A stretch of 27,385 nucleotides of DNA. Source: an uncultured Myxococcales bacterium. Its GTDB lineage: Bacteria; Myxococcota_A; Bradymonadia; Bradymonadales; Bradymonadaceae. The notes under the pieces were generated by a model, which saw only the letters and a program-made list of their open reading frames with translations, was not told the origin of the DNA and searched no databases. The stretch spans positions 1 to 27,385 of the forward strand of contig CAJXPN010000001.1 of NCBI GenBank assembly GCA_913058025.1. The letters run 5' to 3'. A program made the translations under genes and the position numbers. Positions 14,422 through 23,089 of this stretch are shown piece by piece. Within the stretch, counting starts at the first letter, position 1. Each line of letters opens with the position of its first letter.

Positions 14422-17313
14422 ATGACCAAACTATCCCCCATGATGCAGCAGTACATGGACTGCAAGCGGCGCTACCCCGACGCGGTCCTCTTCTTCCGCC
14501 TCGGCGACTTCTACGAGATGTTCTACGAGGACGCCCAGGTCGTCTCACGCGAACTCGGCCTCACCCTGACCGCCCGAAACAAGCAGGCTGGCGAGGGCAT
14601 CCCCATGGCGGGCGTCCCCGTGCGCGCGCACCAGCAGTACGTCGCGCAGCTCATCGAGAAGGGCTTCACCGTCGCCATCGCCGAGCAGCTCGAGGACGCC
14701 TCCAAGACCAAGGGCATGGTCGAGCGTGACGTCGTACGCGTCATCACCCCCGGCGTCGTCCTCGACGCCGACAACCTCGACGCCAAGGCCTCGAACTACG
14801 TCGGCGCCATCGACACGCTGGGCGATGGCTCCGCCTCGAGCTATGGGCTCGCCTACCTGGACGTCTCCACGGGTGACCTGCGCGCCACGGAGGTCTCCTC
14901 GCTCGCCGACCTCATCAGCGAGCTCGGCCGCGCCGAGACCCGCGAGCTCCTCGTTCCCGAGTACGCAGAGGGCCTCGCCGAGATCCTGGGCAAGCACCTC
15001 ACGGGCGTCTTCATCCGCTCCAAACACCGCGAGTACTTCAGCCCCGAGGGGCTCATCCGCGCCGTCTCCAAGGGGCCTCGCCTCGGCGGGCACATGCAGC
15101 AAGAGGGCTACTTCCACGGCGCAGACGCCGTCTCGAAGCTCCTCGTCGGCGCGCGCTCGTCCTCGCTCCGCTCCCCGGAACTCGTCGAGTCCGCGTCCTC
15201 CGCCGTCCTCCGGTACGTCGTCAAGACCCAGCGCGGCATCCCCTCCCACGTCCGCCCCGTCTCGACCTACCGCTCCCAGTCCTTCCTCGTCATCGACGAG
15301 TCGACCAAGGCCAACCTCGAACTCACCGAGACCCTCATGGGCGGGCGCCGCTCCGGCAGCCTCCTGAGCGTCCTCGACAAGACCGTCACCTCGATGGGCG
15401 GACGCCGCCTTCGCCAGTGGCTCAACTACCCGCTCGTCGACGTCGACGCGATCCGCGCGCGCCACGACTCCGTCGAGGAGCTCATCGCCTACCCCGCCGT
15501 GCGCCAGGACGTGCGCGCCGCGCTCGATCAGGTCTACGACATCGAGCGCCTCTGCGGCCGCGTCTCCTCCGGCTCCGCCAACGCCAAGGACCTGCGCGCG
15601 CTTCTCTCCACGCTCGAGCAGATCCCGCAGGTCCAGGACATCCTCTCGGAGTGCTCCTCGGACCTGCTCGTGACCCTCCACGACGCGCTCGATCCCTGCG
15701 AGGAGTTGTGCGCGCTCATCGAGCGCGCCATCGTCGACGAGCCCCCCACCGCCCTGACCGAGGGCGGCATGTTCAAGCTCGGCTACCACGACGAGCTCGA
15801 CGAGCTCATCGACCTGTCCACCAACGGCAAGGATTGGATGCTGGCCTACGAGGTCAAGCAGCGCGCCGAGACCGGGATCTCCTCCCTCAAGATCAAGTAC
15901 AACAAGGTCTTTGGCTACTTCCTCGAGGTCACCAAGTCCAACCTCGACCAGGTCCCCGAGGACTACATACGAAAGCAGACGCTCTCCAACGCCGAGCGCT
16001 ACTTCACCGACGAACTCAAGGAGAAGGAGGAGAAGATCCTCAACGCCGAGGGCCTGCGTCAGACCCTCGAGTACTCCCTGTTCGAGGAACTCCGCGCGAC
16101 GGTCGGCGACCAGATCGCTCGCCTCATGCGCACCGCCAGCGAGCTCTCCAACCTCGACGTCGTCTCGGGCCTGGCCGAGCTCGCGCAGCGGCGCGAATAC
16201 TGTCGCCCCGAGATGACCGACGAGCCGATCCTCGAGATCGAAGAGGGCCGACATCCCGTCGTCGAGAACTCGATGCGTGACGGCGAGCGCTTCGTCCCCA
16301 ACGACGTGTCGCTGGGACAGGGGCGCCGCGTGGGCATCATCACCGGCCCGAACATGGCCGGTAAGTCGACGGTCATTCGCCAGGTCGCGCTCATCTCCTT
16401 GCTCGCTCAGATCGGCTCGTTCGTCCCGGCGCGCGCCGCGCGCCTCGGCGTGGTGGACAAGATATTCAGCCGCGTCGGCGCGTCGGACAACCTCGCCAAG
16501 GGGCAGTCGACGTTCATGGTCGAGATGACCGAGACCGCCCACATCCTCAACAACGCCACCAACCGTAGCCTCATCATCCTCGACGAGATCGGCCGCGGCA
16601 CCGCGACCTTCGACGGCCTCTCCATCGCGTGGGCCGTCGTCGAGCACATGCACGAGACGATCGGCGGGTTGACCCTCTTCGCGACCCACTACCACGAGCT
16701 CACCGAGCTCGCGCAGTCGCTCGAGGCCTCCTTCAACATGTCTATCGCGGTCAAGGAGTGGCAGGACGACATCATCTTCCTGCGAAAGCTAGTCGATGGC
16801 CCGGCGAACCACTCCTACGGCATCCAGGTCGGGCGCCTCGCCGGGCTCCCCGACGGCGTCGTCAACCGCGCCAAGGAGATCCTCGAGGTCCTCGAGGCGG
16901 GACGCTTCGAGGAGCTCCAGGCCAGCGAGCGTCCCGCTCGCCCCAGGCCCCTCTCGACCCCCATCTCCGACACGATCGAGGGCGGCGTGTCCATCGCTCA
17001 GACGCTGGGACAGGACCCACGCACGCAGGCGGCCCGGCCAGCCCCTGCGCCTGCGCCAGCTCGTGAGCACGCTCCAGCGCCTGCGCCGGCACCCGCCGTC
17101 GAGGCGGAGTTCGAGCCCGCGCATGCCTCACGGGATGCCGCTGCGGCGCCCGCGGGGGTGGACCCGAGGTCGCAGCTCTCGTTGTTCGGGTCGGGCGTCT
17201 CACGCGCCGAGGAGGAGGTCCTCGCGTCCTTGCGGGACGTGTCGATCGGTCACCTGACTCCACTCGACGCGCTCAACCTGCTGGACAAGCTCTCGCGTCA
17301 GCTTAAACAATAG
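14422..17313 (+). CDS. mutS: DNA mismatch repair protein MutS (MutS1)
   Basis: PMMQQY...LFFRLGDFYEMF (mismatch-binding Phe); Walker A GPNMAGKST; SDNLAKGQSTFMVEM; Walker B IILDEIGRGT; FATHYHEL; C-terminal beta-clamp motif QLSLF and TPLDALN tail. Confidence 0.99.
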   Translation: MTKLSPMMQQYMDCKRRYPDAVLFFRLGDFYEMFYEDAQVVSRELGLTLTARNKQAGEGIPMAGVPVRAHQQYVAQLIEKGFTVAIAEQLEDASKTKGMVERDVVRVITPGVVLDADNLDAKASNYVGAIDTLGDGSASSYGLAYLDVSTGDLRATEVSSLADLISELGRAETRELLVPEYAEGLAEILGKHLTGVFIRSKHREYFSPEGLIRAVSKGPRLGGHMQQEGYFHGADAVSKLLVGARSSSLRSPELVESASSAVLRYVVKTQRGIPSHVRPVSTYRSQSFLVIDESTKANLELTETLMGGRRSGSLLSVLDKTVTSMGGRRLRQWLNYPLVDVDAIRARHDSVEELIAYPAVRQDVRAALDQVYDIERLCGRVSSGSANAKDLRALLSTLEQIPQVQDILSECSSDLLVTLHDALDPCEELCALIERAIVDEPPTALTEGGMFKLGYHDELDELIDLSTNGKDWMLAYEVKQRAETGISSLKIKYNKVFGYFLEVTKSNLDQVPEDYIRKQTLSNAERYFTDELKEKEEKILNAEGLRQTLEYSLFEELRATVGDQIARLMRTASELSNLDVVSGLAELAQRREYCRPEMTDEPILEIEEGRHPVVENSMRDGERFVPNDVSLGQGRRVGIITGPNMAGKSTVIRQVALISLLAQIGSFVPARAARLGVVDKIFSRVGASDNLAKGQSTFMVEMTETAHILNNATNRSLIILDEIGRGTATFDGLSIAWAVVEHMHETIGGLTLFATHYHELTELAQSLEASFNMSIAVKEWQDDIIFLRKLVDGPANHSYGIQVGRLAGLPDGVVNRAKEILEVLEAGRFEELQASERPARPRPLSTPISDTIEGGVSIAQTLGQDPRTQAARPAPAPAPAREHAPAPAPAPAVEAEFEPAHASRDAAAAPAGVDPRSQLSLFGSGVSRAEEEVLASLRDVSIGHLTPLDALNLLDKLSRQLKQ

Positions 17314-17357
17314 CCTCCTCACCACGGGCCTCATCGGTCCGAGAAGGAGCCTGACCC

Positions 17358-19151
17358 ATGAGCCTGATCCCACGTACCGTGTTCGCCCTCGTGTCCGCGA
17401 CCTCGCTCGCGCTCTCCGCTTGCTCGACCACGGCGAGCGCCGAGCGCGTGGAGGTGACCGACGAGACTCCAACCCAGGACGAGGCCGCCGACCTGCTCGA
17501 CGCGCCCGTAGATGTGGCCGACATCGAGGCCGCCAAGGCGGCTCGCCGCGCCGAACTCCAGGAGGAGCAGGGCGCCGACTACCTCATCCCGCTCGCGTCC
17601 TCGCCCGAGCCGTTGGTCAAGATCGACGGGGACGCCGAGGGCTGGAACCTCCGCGAGGCCAAGGTCTTCAAGGACAAGCGCTACGTCGAGGACGGCGTCT
17701 CGCTCTGGTCGGGTTCCAAGGACGCCTCGATGCGTGTGGCCGTGCGCTCGGACGACAGCTTCGTCTACTTCTGGGTCGAGGTGAGGGACGACGTCGTCAT
17801 CTCCGAGGACGACGGCTCGGGCGATCCGGTCGATGGGGTCATCATCTGGCTCAGGGACCCGAACCTCGAGAGGATGGTCTCGCAGCTCCCGGACGGCACC
17901 GACGCGTCGAGCGCGGTGAACACCGAGGTCGCCTTCGTGGTCACGCCAGACGGTCGCCTCAAGCGCCACGACGACCCCGAGGGGGCGTTCGATCCTGCGT
18001 CGCTGCGCACGCGAACGTTCGAGACGCCGTCGGGTTGGGGGGTCGAGGCTGCGATCTCGGTCGAGGCGATGGGCCACGTCGCCTCGTTCCCCGCGCCGCG
18101 CATCGCGTTTCGCGTGGAGCTGCTCGACGGCGACGACAGGGAGAGGCTGGGCACGCAGACACGCCTGAGCATGCTCCCGAACCTGAAGGACGCCGCCGAC
18201 CGCTTCGCCGTCTTCTCCGGAGATGGGCTGCTGCCTCACCGCGCGCCCAATGGCTCGGGCGGTCGCCCTGGCGGGCTCGGCTTCTGGGCGCTCGAGGACA
18301 AGGAGTGGCGCTACACGACCTTCGAGGCGCTCCCGGAGGTCTGGCGGTTCGTGACCGACCCGAGCAAGCTCGAGGAGTCGCTCAAGGCATCCAACGAGCT
18401 GCGCGACGCGTGCCCCGAGTCGAAGTACGACAGCCACCTGATGGAGGCGTACCGCACCGAGACGGGCAAGCACTACGTGGGGTTGTTCCTGTGCGCGGGC
18501 CGTGAGCAGAAGGGCAAGTGCTCCGACGGCGCGAGGACGCGCGCGCTGTGGTTCCAGTCGGGAGGGAAGGGCGATGAGTACGCGATCAAGAAGGTCATCG
18601 ACGTATTCGGTGAGCCGCTCGAGCAGTGCCGATCGTCGGCGCCCGACGGGAAGCCGCTCTACCAGTCGATGTCGTTGACGCCGCTCGACTTCATCAGCGC
18701 GCACACCTGGGTGGTGAGTTGGAGGAGGACCTCGCGCGTGGACGGCGTCGCCGAGCTCACGGACGGCCTCCAGATCCTGAACACGCGACGAAAGGGCATC
18801 AAGCCGCTGGACCTCTACTCCTACAAGCAGCTCACCGATGGTGAGTACAGGACGGTCCACAGGAACGCGATCCACTTCGTGGAGGTCGACGACGTCGAGG
18901 GGCTCGACGTTTGCGAGATCGAGTACATCGAGGAGCAGAGCTGCAACAGGCAGGGGGAGTGCAAGGTCGATGAGCGCGGAGGCGAGGTCCTCACGCACGC
19001 GAAGATGTGGTCACCAGACGAGGCGACCTTCGAGCCCTACATGTTGACCAGGCACCCGAACTGCCGCAACGACTTCGACTTCTCGAGCCAGGAGGGGTTC
19101 CTGATGATTCACCTGGAGTCGCGCGTGGGCCTCATTCCGTCGGGGCGTTGA
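17358..19151 (+). CDS. Lipoprotein with an N-terminal CBM9/DOMON-like sugar-binding domain and an unknown Cys-containing C-terminal domain (597 aa)
   Basis: GAAGGAG RBS; lipobox LSA|C. VKIDGDAEGW...DASMRVAVRSDDSFVYFWVEVRDD...DGVIIWLRD...GWGVEAAIS resembles the CBM9/DOMON-like fold. Confidence 0.7.
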   Translation: MSLIPRTVFALVSATSLALSACSTTASAERVEVTDETPTQDEAADLLDAPVDVADIEAAKAARRAELQEEQGADYLIPLASSPEPLVKIDGDAEGWNLREAKVFKDKRYVEDGVSLWSGSKDASMRVAVRSDDSFVYFWVEVRDDVVISEDDGSGDPVDGVIIWLRDPNLERMVSQLPDGTDASSAVNTEVAFVVTPDGRLKRHDDPEGAFDPASLRTRTFETPSGWGVEAAISVEAMGHVASFPAPRIAFRVELLDGDDRERLGTQTRLSMLPNLKDAADRFAVFSGDGLLPHRAPNGSGGRPGGLGFWALEDKEWRYTTFEALPEVWRFVTDPSKLEESLKASNELRDACPESKYDSHLMEAYRTETGKHYVGLFLCAGREQKGKCSDGARTRALWFQSGGKGDEYAIKKVIDVFGEPLEQCRSSAPDGKPLYQSMSLTPLDFISAHTWVVSWRRTSRVDGVAELTDGLQILNTRRKGIKPLDLYSYKQLTDGEYRTVHRNAIHFVEVDDVEGLDVCEIEYIEEQSCNRQGECKVDERGGEVLTHAKMWSPDEATFEPYMLTRHPNCRNDFDFSSQEGFLMIHLESRVGLIPSGR

Positions 19152-19683
19152 GCGCCTCGGCGTGGAGGATGGCGTTCTCGACGTAGTGGTGCGCGCCGGC
19201 GCGCAGGCGGGTGACCTCTTCGGGCGTCAGCTCGCGTTTGACGCGCGCGGGTGACCCCATGATCAGGCTCCCTGGGGGGAACACGGACCGTGGCGTGAGC
19301 AGCGCGCCAGCGCCCACGAGTGAGCCCTCGCCGACGACGACCTCATCGAGCAGTATCGCGCCCATGCCGATGAGGCAGCCGTCCTCGACGGTGCAGCCAT
19401 GGAGGATGGCGCGATGACCCACCGTGACGTCCGCCCCCACGATCGTGGGGGCGACGCCAGTGGTCGCGTGGAGGAGCGCCTGGTCCTGGATGTTGGTGCG
19501 GGCGCCTATGCGGATGGGCATGACGTCGCCGCGGAGGACGGCGCCGTACCAGACGGACGCGCCCTGAGCGATCGAGACGTCGCCGATGACGTGGACGCCC
19601 GTGGCGACGAAGACGTCGTCGGCGAGCTCGGGGGCGTCGCCCCCGAAGGCGACGAGCGGTGAGAACACGGTCGAGGAGGACAT
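19132..19683 (-). CDS. Gamma carbonic anhydrase family protein (YrdA/PaaY/CaiE-like, hexapeptide repeat)
   Basis: VIGDVSIAQGASVWYGAVLRGD...IRIGARTNIQD...LLH...VTVGHRAILHGCTVEDGCLIGMGAILLD; the three metal-ligand His are present. Confidence 0.95.
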   Translation of the reverse strand: MSSSTVFSPLVAFGGDAPELADDVFVATGVHVIGDVSIAQGASVWYGAVLRGDVMPIRIGARTNIQDQALLHATTGVAPTIVGADVTVGHRAILHGCTVEDGCLIGMGAILLDEVVVGEGSLVGAGALLTPRSVFPPGSLIMGSPARVKRELTPEEVTRLRAGAHHYVENAILHAEALNAPTE

Positions 19684-19690
19684 GATGTGT

Positions 19691-21505
19691 TCAGCCCTCT
19701 TCGTCGAAGAGCGCGCCGTACTTGTCGAGCTTGTCGAGGACGTCGCCTTCGTCGGCGACGCCTGGGAGCTCGATGTCGGCGGGCGGCGCGACCGAGTCCT
19801 CCGCTACCACGAGCGACTCGACGACCTTCTCGACGACCACCTCGCTCACGTGGTCCTCGCCGCTGCTGACGACAGGGAGCATGGCCGTCTCGCTGAAGCG
19901 GGAGTTGTCCTGCATGGCGGGCAACTCGACACCGTCGCCCAGGCCGTGGAGGCCGTGGGTGAGGGGGTCACGCAGGAACAGGACGCCGCCGCGCTTGTCC
20001 AGGATGTCCATGACGTCTTGAGAGGAGTAGATGTCCTTGAGGATCTCGTCGATCGACGAGTAGCGGTCGTCCATGTCGTCGATCGACATCCTGTCGAAGA
20101 CGTCGTCGAGGGCGCGGGGGATGTCGGGGTAGAAGCTCGAGGGCATGGGCGAGCGTCGACCGGGGACCTTCCCGGTGAGCATCTCGTAGAACATGATGCC
20201 GAGCGAGTAGATGTCGGACTTGACCGAGGCGCAGCTCGGGTCGCGGAACTGCTCGGGGGACATGTAGGCGACGGTGCCCACGCCGACGTAGACCTGGTTG
20301 CCGCCGCCGCCCGCGCGCTCGACGATGCCGCTCATGCCGAAGTCGGTGAGCTTGGCGTTGCCGGAGGCGTCGAGGACGACGTTCTCGGGCTTGAGGCCGC
20401 CGTGGATGATCCCGGCGTCATGCGCGATGTTGAGGGCGTGGAGGATCTGGAGGAAGTAGCGCATCGCCACGGCGAGGGGCGGGCGGTTCTCGACCTCGAT
20501 GAGGCGGCGGAGGTTACCCATGTGGGCGAGGTCCATGACCAGGTAGGGGTACTCGCCCTCGATGACCACGTCGAGGATGCGCACGATGTTCGGGTGCGAG
20601 AGCTGCGACTGGCTCTGCACGATCGACACGAACCTCTTGATGATGTCGTCCCGCTGCACGTCCGCGAAGACGTGGAAGATGTCCTTGATCTCCTTGATCG
20701 CCACGGCGCGGTTGAGGCTCGTCTGCACGCCCCTGTAGACCGTGCCGATGCCGCCCGAGCCGATCTCGTCGGTGCGCGTGTAGGGGGAGGCGTTGCTCGA
20801 GTGTGGCGCGTTCATTGGGCTGCTCGTGTCGGCTGAGGGGGCGGTGGTCGTGTCGGCGGGAGCTTCGTATGCGGGCTCGATCGAGAGCTCGGGCGCTGAC
20901 GCAGGCTCTGGCTCGAAGGCGACGGGCTCGAAGGCGACGGGCTCGAAGGCCTCGAGCGAGGGCGGCGCGGGCTCGAACACGTCGGCGAGAGGCTCGTCTG
21001 CCTGCTCACCGTCGTCGGAGCCGCCGAACGAGATCGGCGTGCCGATGGGGTCGATCGAGAACGAGGGCCGGGTCTCCTCGGAGACCGGGTCCGCGGCCGC
21101 GCCCTCGTCCTCGAAGGACGGGAACGCGTCCATGTCTATGTCTTCGGGGGAGATGACCGACGTCGGCGCGCTCGCCTCGGGGTCGGTCGACTCCGGGACG
21201 TTGGGCTCGTCGGTCTCGCCGAGCTGCTCGGCGAAGTGCTCCTCCACGGCGCCGCTCCATGCGTCGGAGTCCTGGAGCGCGGCCGTCCCATCGGCCGTGA
21301 TCGTGACGAGGTCGTCGACGCGATCGTAGTTCAAGAACGACTGCGCCTCGAAGAACCGAATGTAGTTGATCAGGTGCAGGCTCGGAGACCACGTCATCGC
21401 GTCCTGGAGCGCCTCGTAGGAGAGCCCCCCCTGTGTGTCGTTCACGAGCTTGAGCAGCCCCTCGAGATCATCGAGCAGGTTGTCGAGGGTCACGGTTCCG
21501 GTCAT
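19691..21505 (-). CDS. Hanks-type Ser/Thr kinase-fold protein, probable pseudokinase, with an N-terminal winged-helix-like domain and an acidic linker
   Basis: IGSGGIGTVY, VAIK, HPNIV, DFG and GTVAYMSPEQ are present, but the catalytic loop reads IHGGLKPEN (codons CAC GGC GGC, 20404-20396). The start is probably ATG 21505 (ORF track: TTG 21511). Confidence 0.9.
   Translation of the reverse strand: MTGTVTLDNLLDDLEGLLKLVNDTQGGLSYEALQDAMTWSPSLHLINYIRFFEAQSFLNYDRVDDLVTITADGTAALQDSDAWSGAVEEHFAEQLGETDEPNVPESTDPEASAPTSVISPEDIDMDAFPSFEDEGAAADPVSEETRPSFSIDPIGTPISFGGSDDGEQADEPLADVFEPAPPSLEAFEPVAFEPVAFEPEPASAPELSIEPAYEAPADTTTAPSADTSSPMNAPHSSNASPYTRTDEIGSGGIGTVYRGVQTSLNRAVAIKEIKDIFHVFADVQRDDIIKRFVSIVQSQSQLSHPNIVRILDVVIEGEYPYLVMDLAHMGNLRRLIEVENRPPLAVAMRYFLQILHALNIAHDAGIIHGGLKPENVVLDASGNAKLTDFGMSGIVERAGGGGNQVYVGVGTVAYMSPEQFRDPSCASVKSDIYSLGIMFYEMLTGKVPGRRSPMPSSFYPDIPRALDDVFDRMSIDDMDDRYSSIDEILKDIYSSQDVMDILDKRGGVLFLRDPLTHGLHGLGDGVELPAMQDNSRFSETAMLPVVSSGEDHVSEVVVEKVVESLVVAEDSVAPPADIELPGVADEGDVLDKLDKYGALFDEEG
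20910..20950. repeat. 15-bp tandem repeat (about 2.7 copies) encoding AFEPV-AFEPV-AFEP in the kinase linker
   Basis: ggctcgaaggcgacg x2 followed by ggctcgaaggc. Confidence 0.9.
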
Positions 21506-21650
21506 CTGCAATCCGGGGTCTCGGTTGTCATGGAGTCGAGCCGCCGCGCGGGCAGCGCATGAGGCGTGTGCTGGAGCTGTCAGGATCTCACCAATATCCT
21601 TAACTGTCCCAGGGGCGATTTGGCAAGAAGAGAGCCGCCTCGTGTGCGCC

Positions 21651-22580
21651 TCAGCGTGCGTTGTAGAGGACGCGGTTCCTGCCGTCCTCCTTGGCGCCGA
21701 ACATCGCGCGGTCGGCGCGGTCGAGGAGCGCGTGGACGTCGTCGGTCGGCGGCCTGTAGACAGCGACGCCCACGCTCACGGTCACGCGGATCGACGCGCC
21801 GCCGCATGCCACGCGCATGCGCGAGATCGCAGACCGCAACCTCTCGCATACCGCCCGCGCGTGCTCGAGGCTCGTCTGGGGCATCCCGAGCACGAACTCC
21901 TCCCCGCCCAGCCTCGCGAGCACGTCGGTCTCCCGCACGAGCCCGCTGGCCGTGCGCGCGAGTTCGATGAGCACGGCGTCGCCGGCCGCGTGCCCGTGGA
22001 CGTCGTTGACGTCCTTGAAGTGGTCGATGTCGAACAGCGCGACGGCCATCGGCTCGTCGTTGCGCCGCGCGCGCGCGAGCTCGCGCTCGAGCTGATCGAA
22101 CAGGTGGCGCCGGTTGGGCAGGCGGGTGAGGGGGTCGGTCGTGGCGAACTCGAACAGCGCGTCTCGCTGCCGCGCGAGCGCCCAGGCGCGCTCGGTGAGG
22201 CGGATCAGCGCGCCCAGGCGCGCGAGCGACCCCGTCGACGTAAGGCCCTCCTCGAGCACGTCCCACGCGCCGGCCGCGAGCGCCTCTGCGCGTTCGGCGA
22301 GCCCAGCGCCCTCGAGCATCGCCAGCACGGGCGTGTGCCTGGCCCACTCTTTCCTGGCGATCCGGCGCAGCGACACGCCCAGTCGATCCCGCGCCACGAG
22401 CACGAGGGCGGGGCGATCGGGCGAGGCGTCGAGCTCCTCGATCCCCTCGACGACCTCACACCTGAACCCGGAGAGCGCGACCTCGACCTCGGCGAGGACC
22501 CCGAACCATTCGGCGCGTGACCCCACGATCGCGATGTGGGGCGGCCGGCCGGTCGGGCTCTCTTCGTGGTGCGCGTTCAT
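21651..22580 (-). CDS. Diguanylate cyclase (GGDEF) with a degenerate N-terminal receiver-like domain
   Basis: TDPLTRLPNRR, LFDIDHFKDVNDVHGHAAGD, I-site RETD five residues before GGEEF, VTVSVGVA, ADRAMFGAKEDGRN. GGAGAG RBS before ATG 22580 (ORF track starts at 22664). Confidence 0.93.
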   Translation of the reverse strand: MNAHHEESPTGRPPHIAIVGSRAEWFGVLAEVEVALSGFRCEVVEGIEELDASPDRPALVLVARDRLGVSLRRIARKEWARHTPVLAMLEGAGLAERAEALAAGAWDVLEEGLTSTGSLARLGALIRLTERAWALARQRDALFEFATTDPLTRLPNRRHLFDQLERELARARRNDEPMAVALFDIDHFKDVNDVHGHAAGDAVLIELARTASGLVRETDVLARLGGEEFVLGMPQTSLEHARAVCERLRSAISRMRVACGGASIRVTVSVGVAVYRPPTDDVHALLDRADRAMFGAKEDGRNRVLYNAR

Positions 22581-22720
22581 GTGTCTCTCCGGGGAACTGG
22601 TCCGGGCCTGCGCTCCTCTCTCACCCATGAGAACATCTCCATTGGAGTGAGTATTCACGCACACGACGCGAGCGCCTCCACACCTCGTCGATGCGTTTCG
22701 TGGTGAGGGAGTGTCATGGA

Positions 22721-23089
22721 ATGAACGTCTCGAAGATCATCGACGCCCCCGCCCACGAGGTCTGGGACGTCATCGCCCGTTTCGACAGGTGGCCCTCCTG
22801 GGGCCCCTCCGTCTCGCGCGTGCGCTGCGACGACGCGCTCGTGAGGGAAGGGGCACGGGGCGCCGTGCGCACGCCGCTCGGTGTGTGGATCGACTTCGAG
22901 GTCACGGACGTGGTCGACGGAGTGAGCTGGAGTTGGCGCGTGCTCGGCCGTGAGGCGACGGGTCACGCAGTCGAGCCGCTGGGGCACTCGCGCTCCAGGC
23001 TATCGTTCTCGCTGCCCTCCTGGGCGTTCCCTTACGCGCTCGTGTGTGAGCTCGCGCTCCGGAGGGTCGCGGCGCTCGTCGAGTCATGA
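22721..23089 (+). CDS. SRPBCC (polyketide cyclase/dehydrase-like) family protein
   Basis: VSKIIDAPAHEVWDVIARFDRWPSW...FEVTDVVDGVSWSW...GHAVEPLGHSRSRLSF is the typical SRPBCC pattern. GAGGGAG lies upstream of ATG 22721 (ORF track 22691). Confidence 0.85.
   Translation: MNVSKIIDAPAHEVWDVIARFDRWPSWGPSVSRVRCDDALVREGARGAVRTPLGVWIDFEVTDVVDGVSWSWRVLGREATGHAVEPLGHSRSRLSFSLPSWAFPYALVCELALRRVAALVES

Noticed and set aside
19691-21505. Kinase as a decayed pseudogene
   Set aside because: The ORF is intact with no frameshift or stop, and all ATP-binding motifs are retained. Selective loss of catalytic residues fits a pseudokinase better.
21597-21626. Possible promoter TTGCCA-N17/18-TTAAGG/TAAGGA upstream of the pseudokinase
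   Set aside because: The -10 match is too poor to call from sequence alone.
22637-22658. Short palindromes ctcca-t-tggag and gtga-gtat-tcac between the GGDEF and SRPBCC genes
   Set aside because: Only 4-5-bp arms; not distinguishable from chance.
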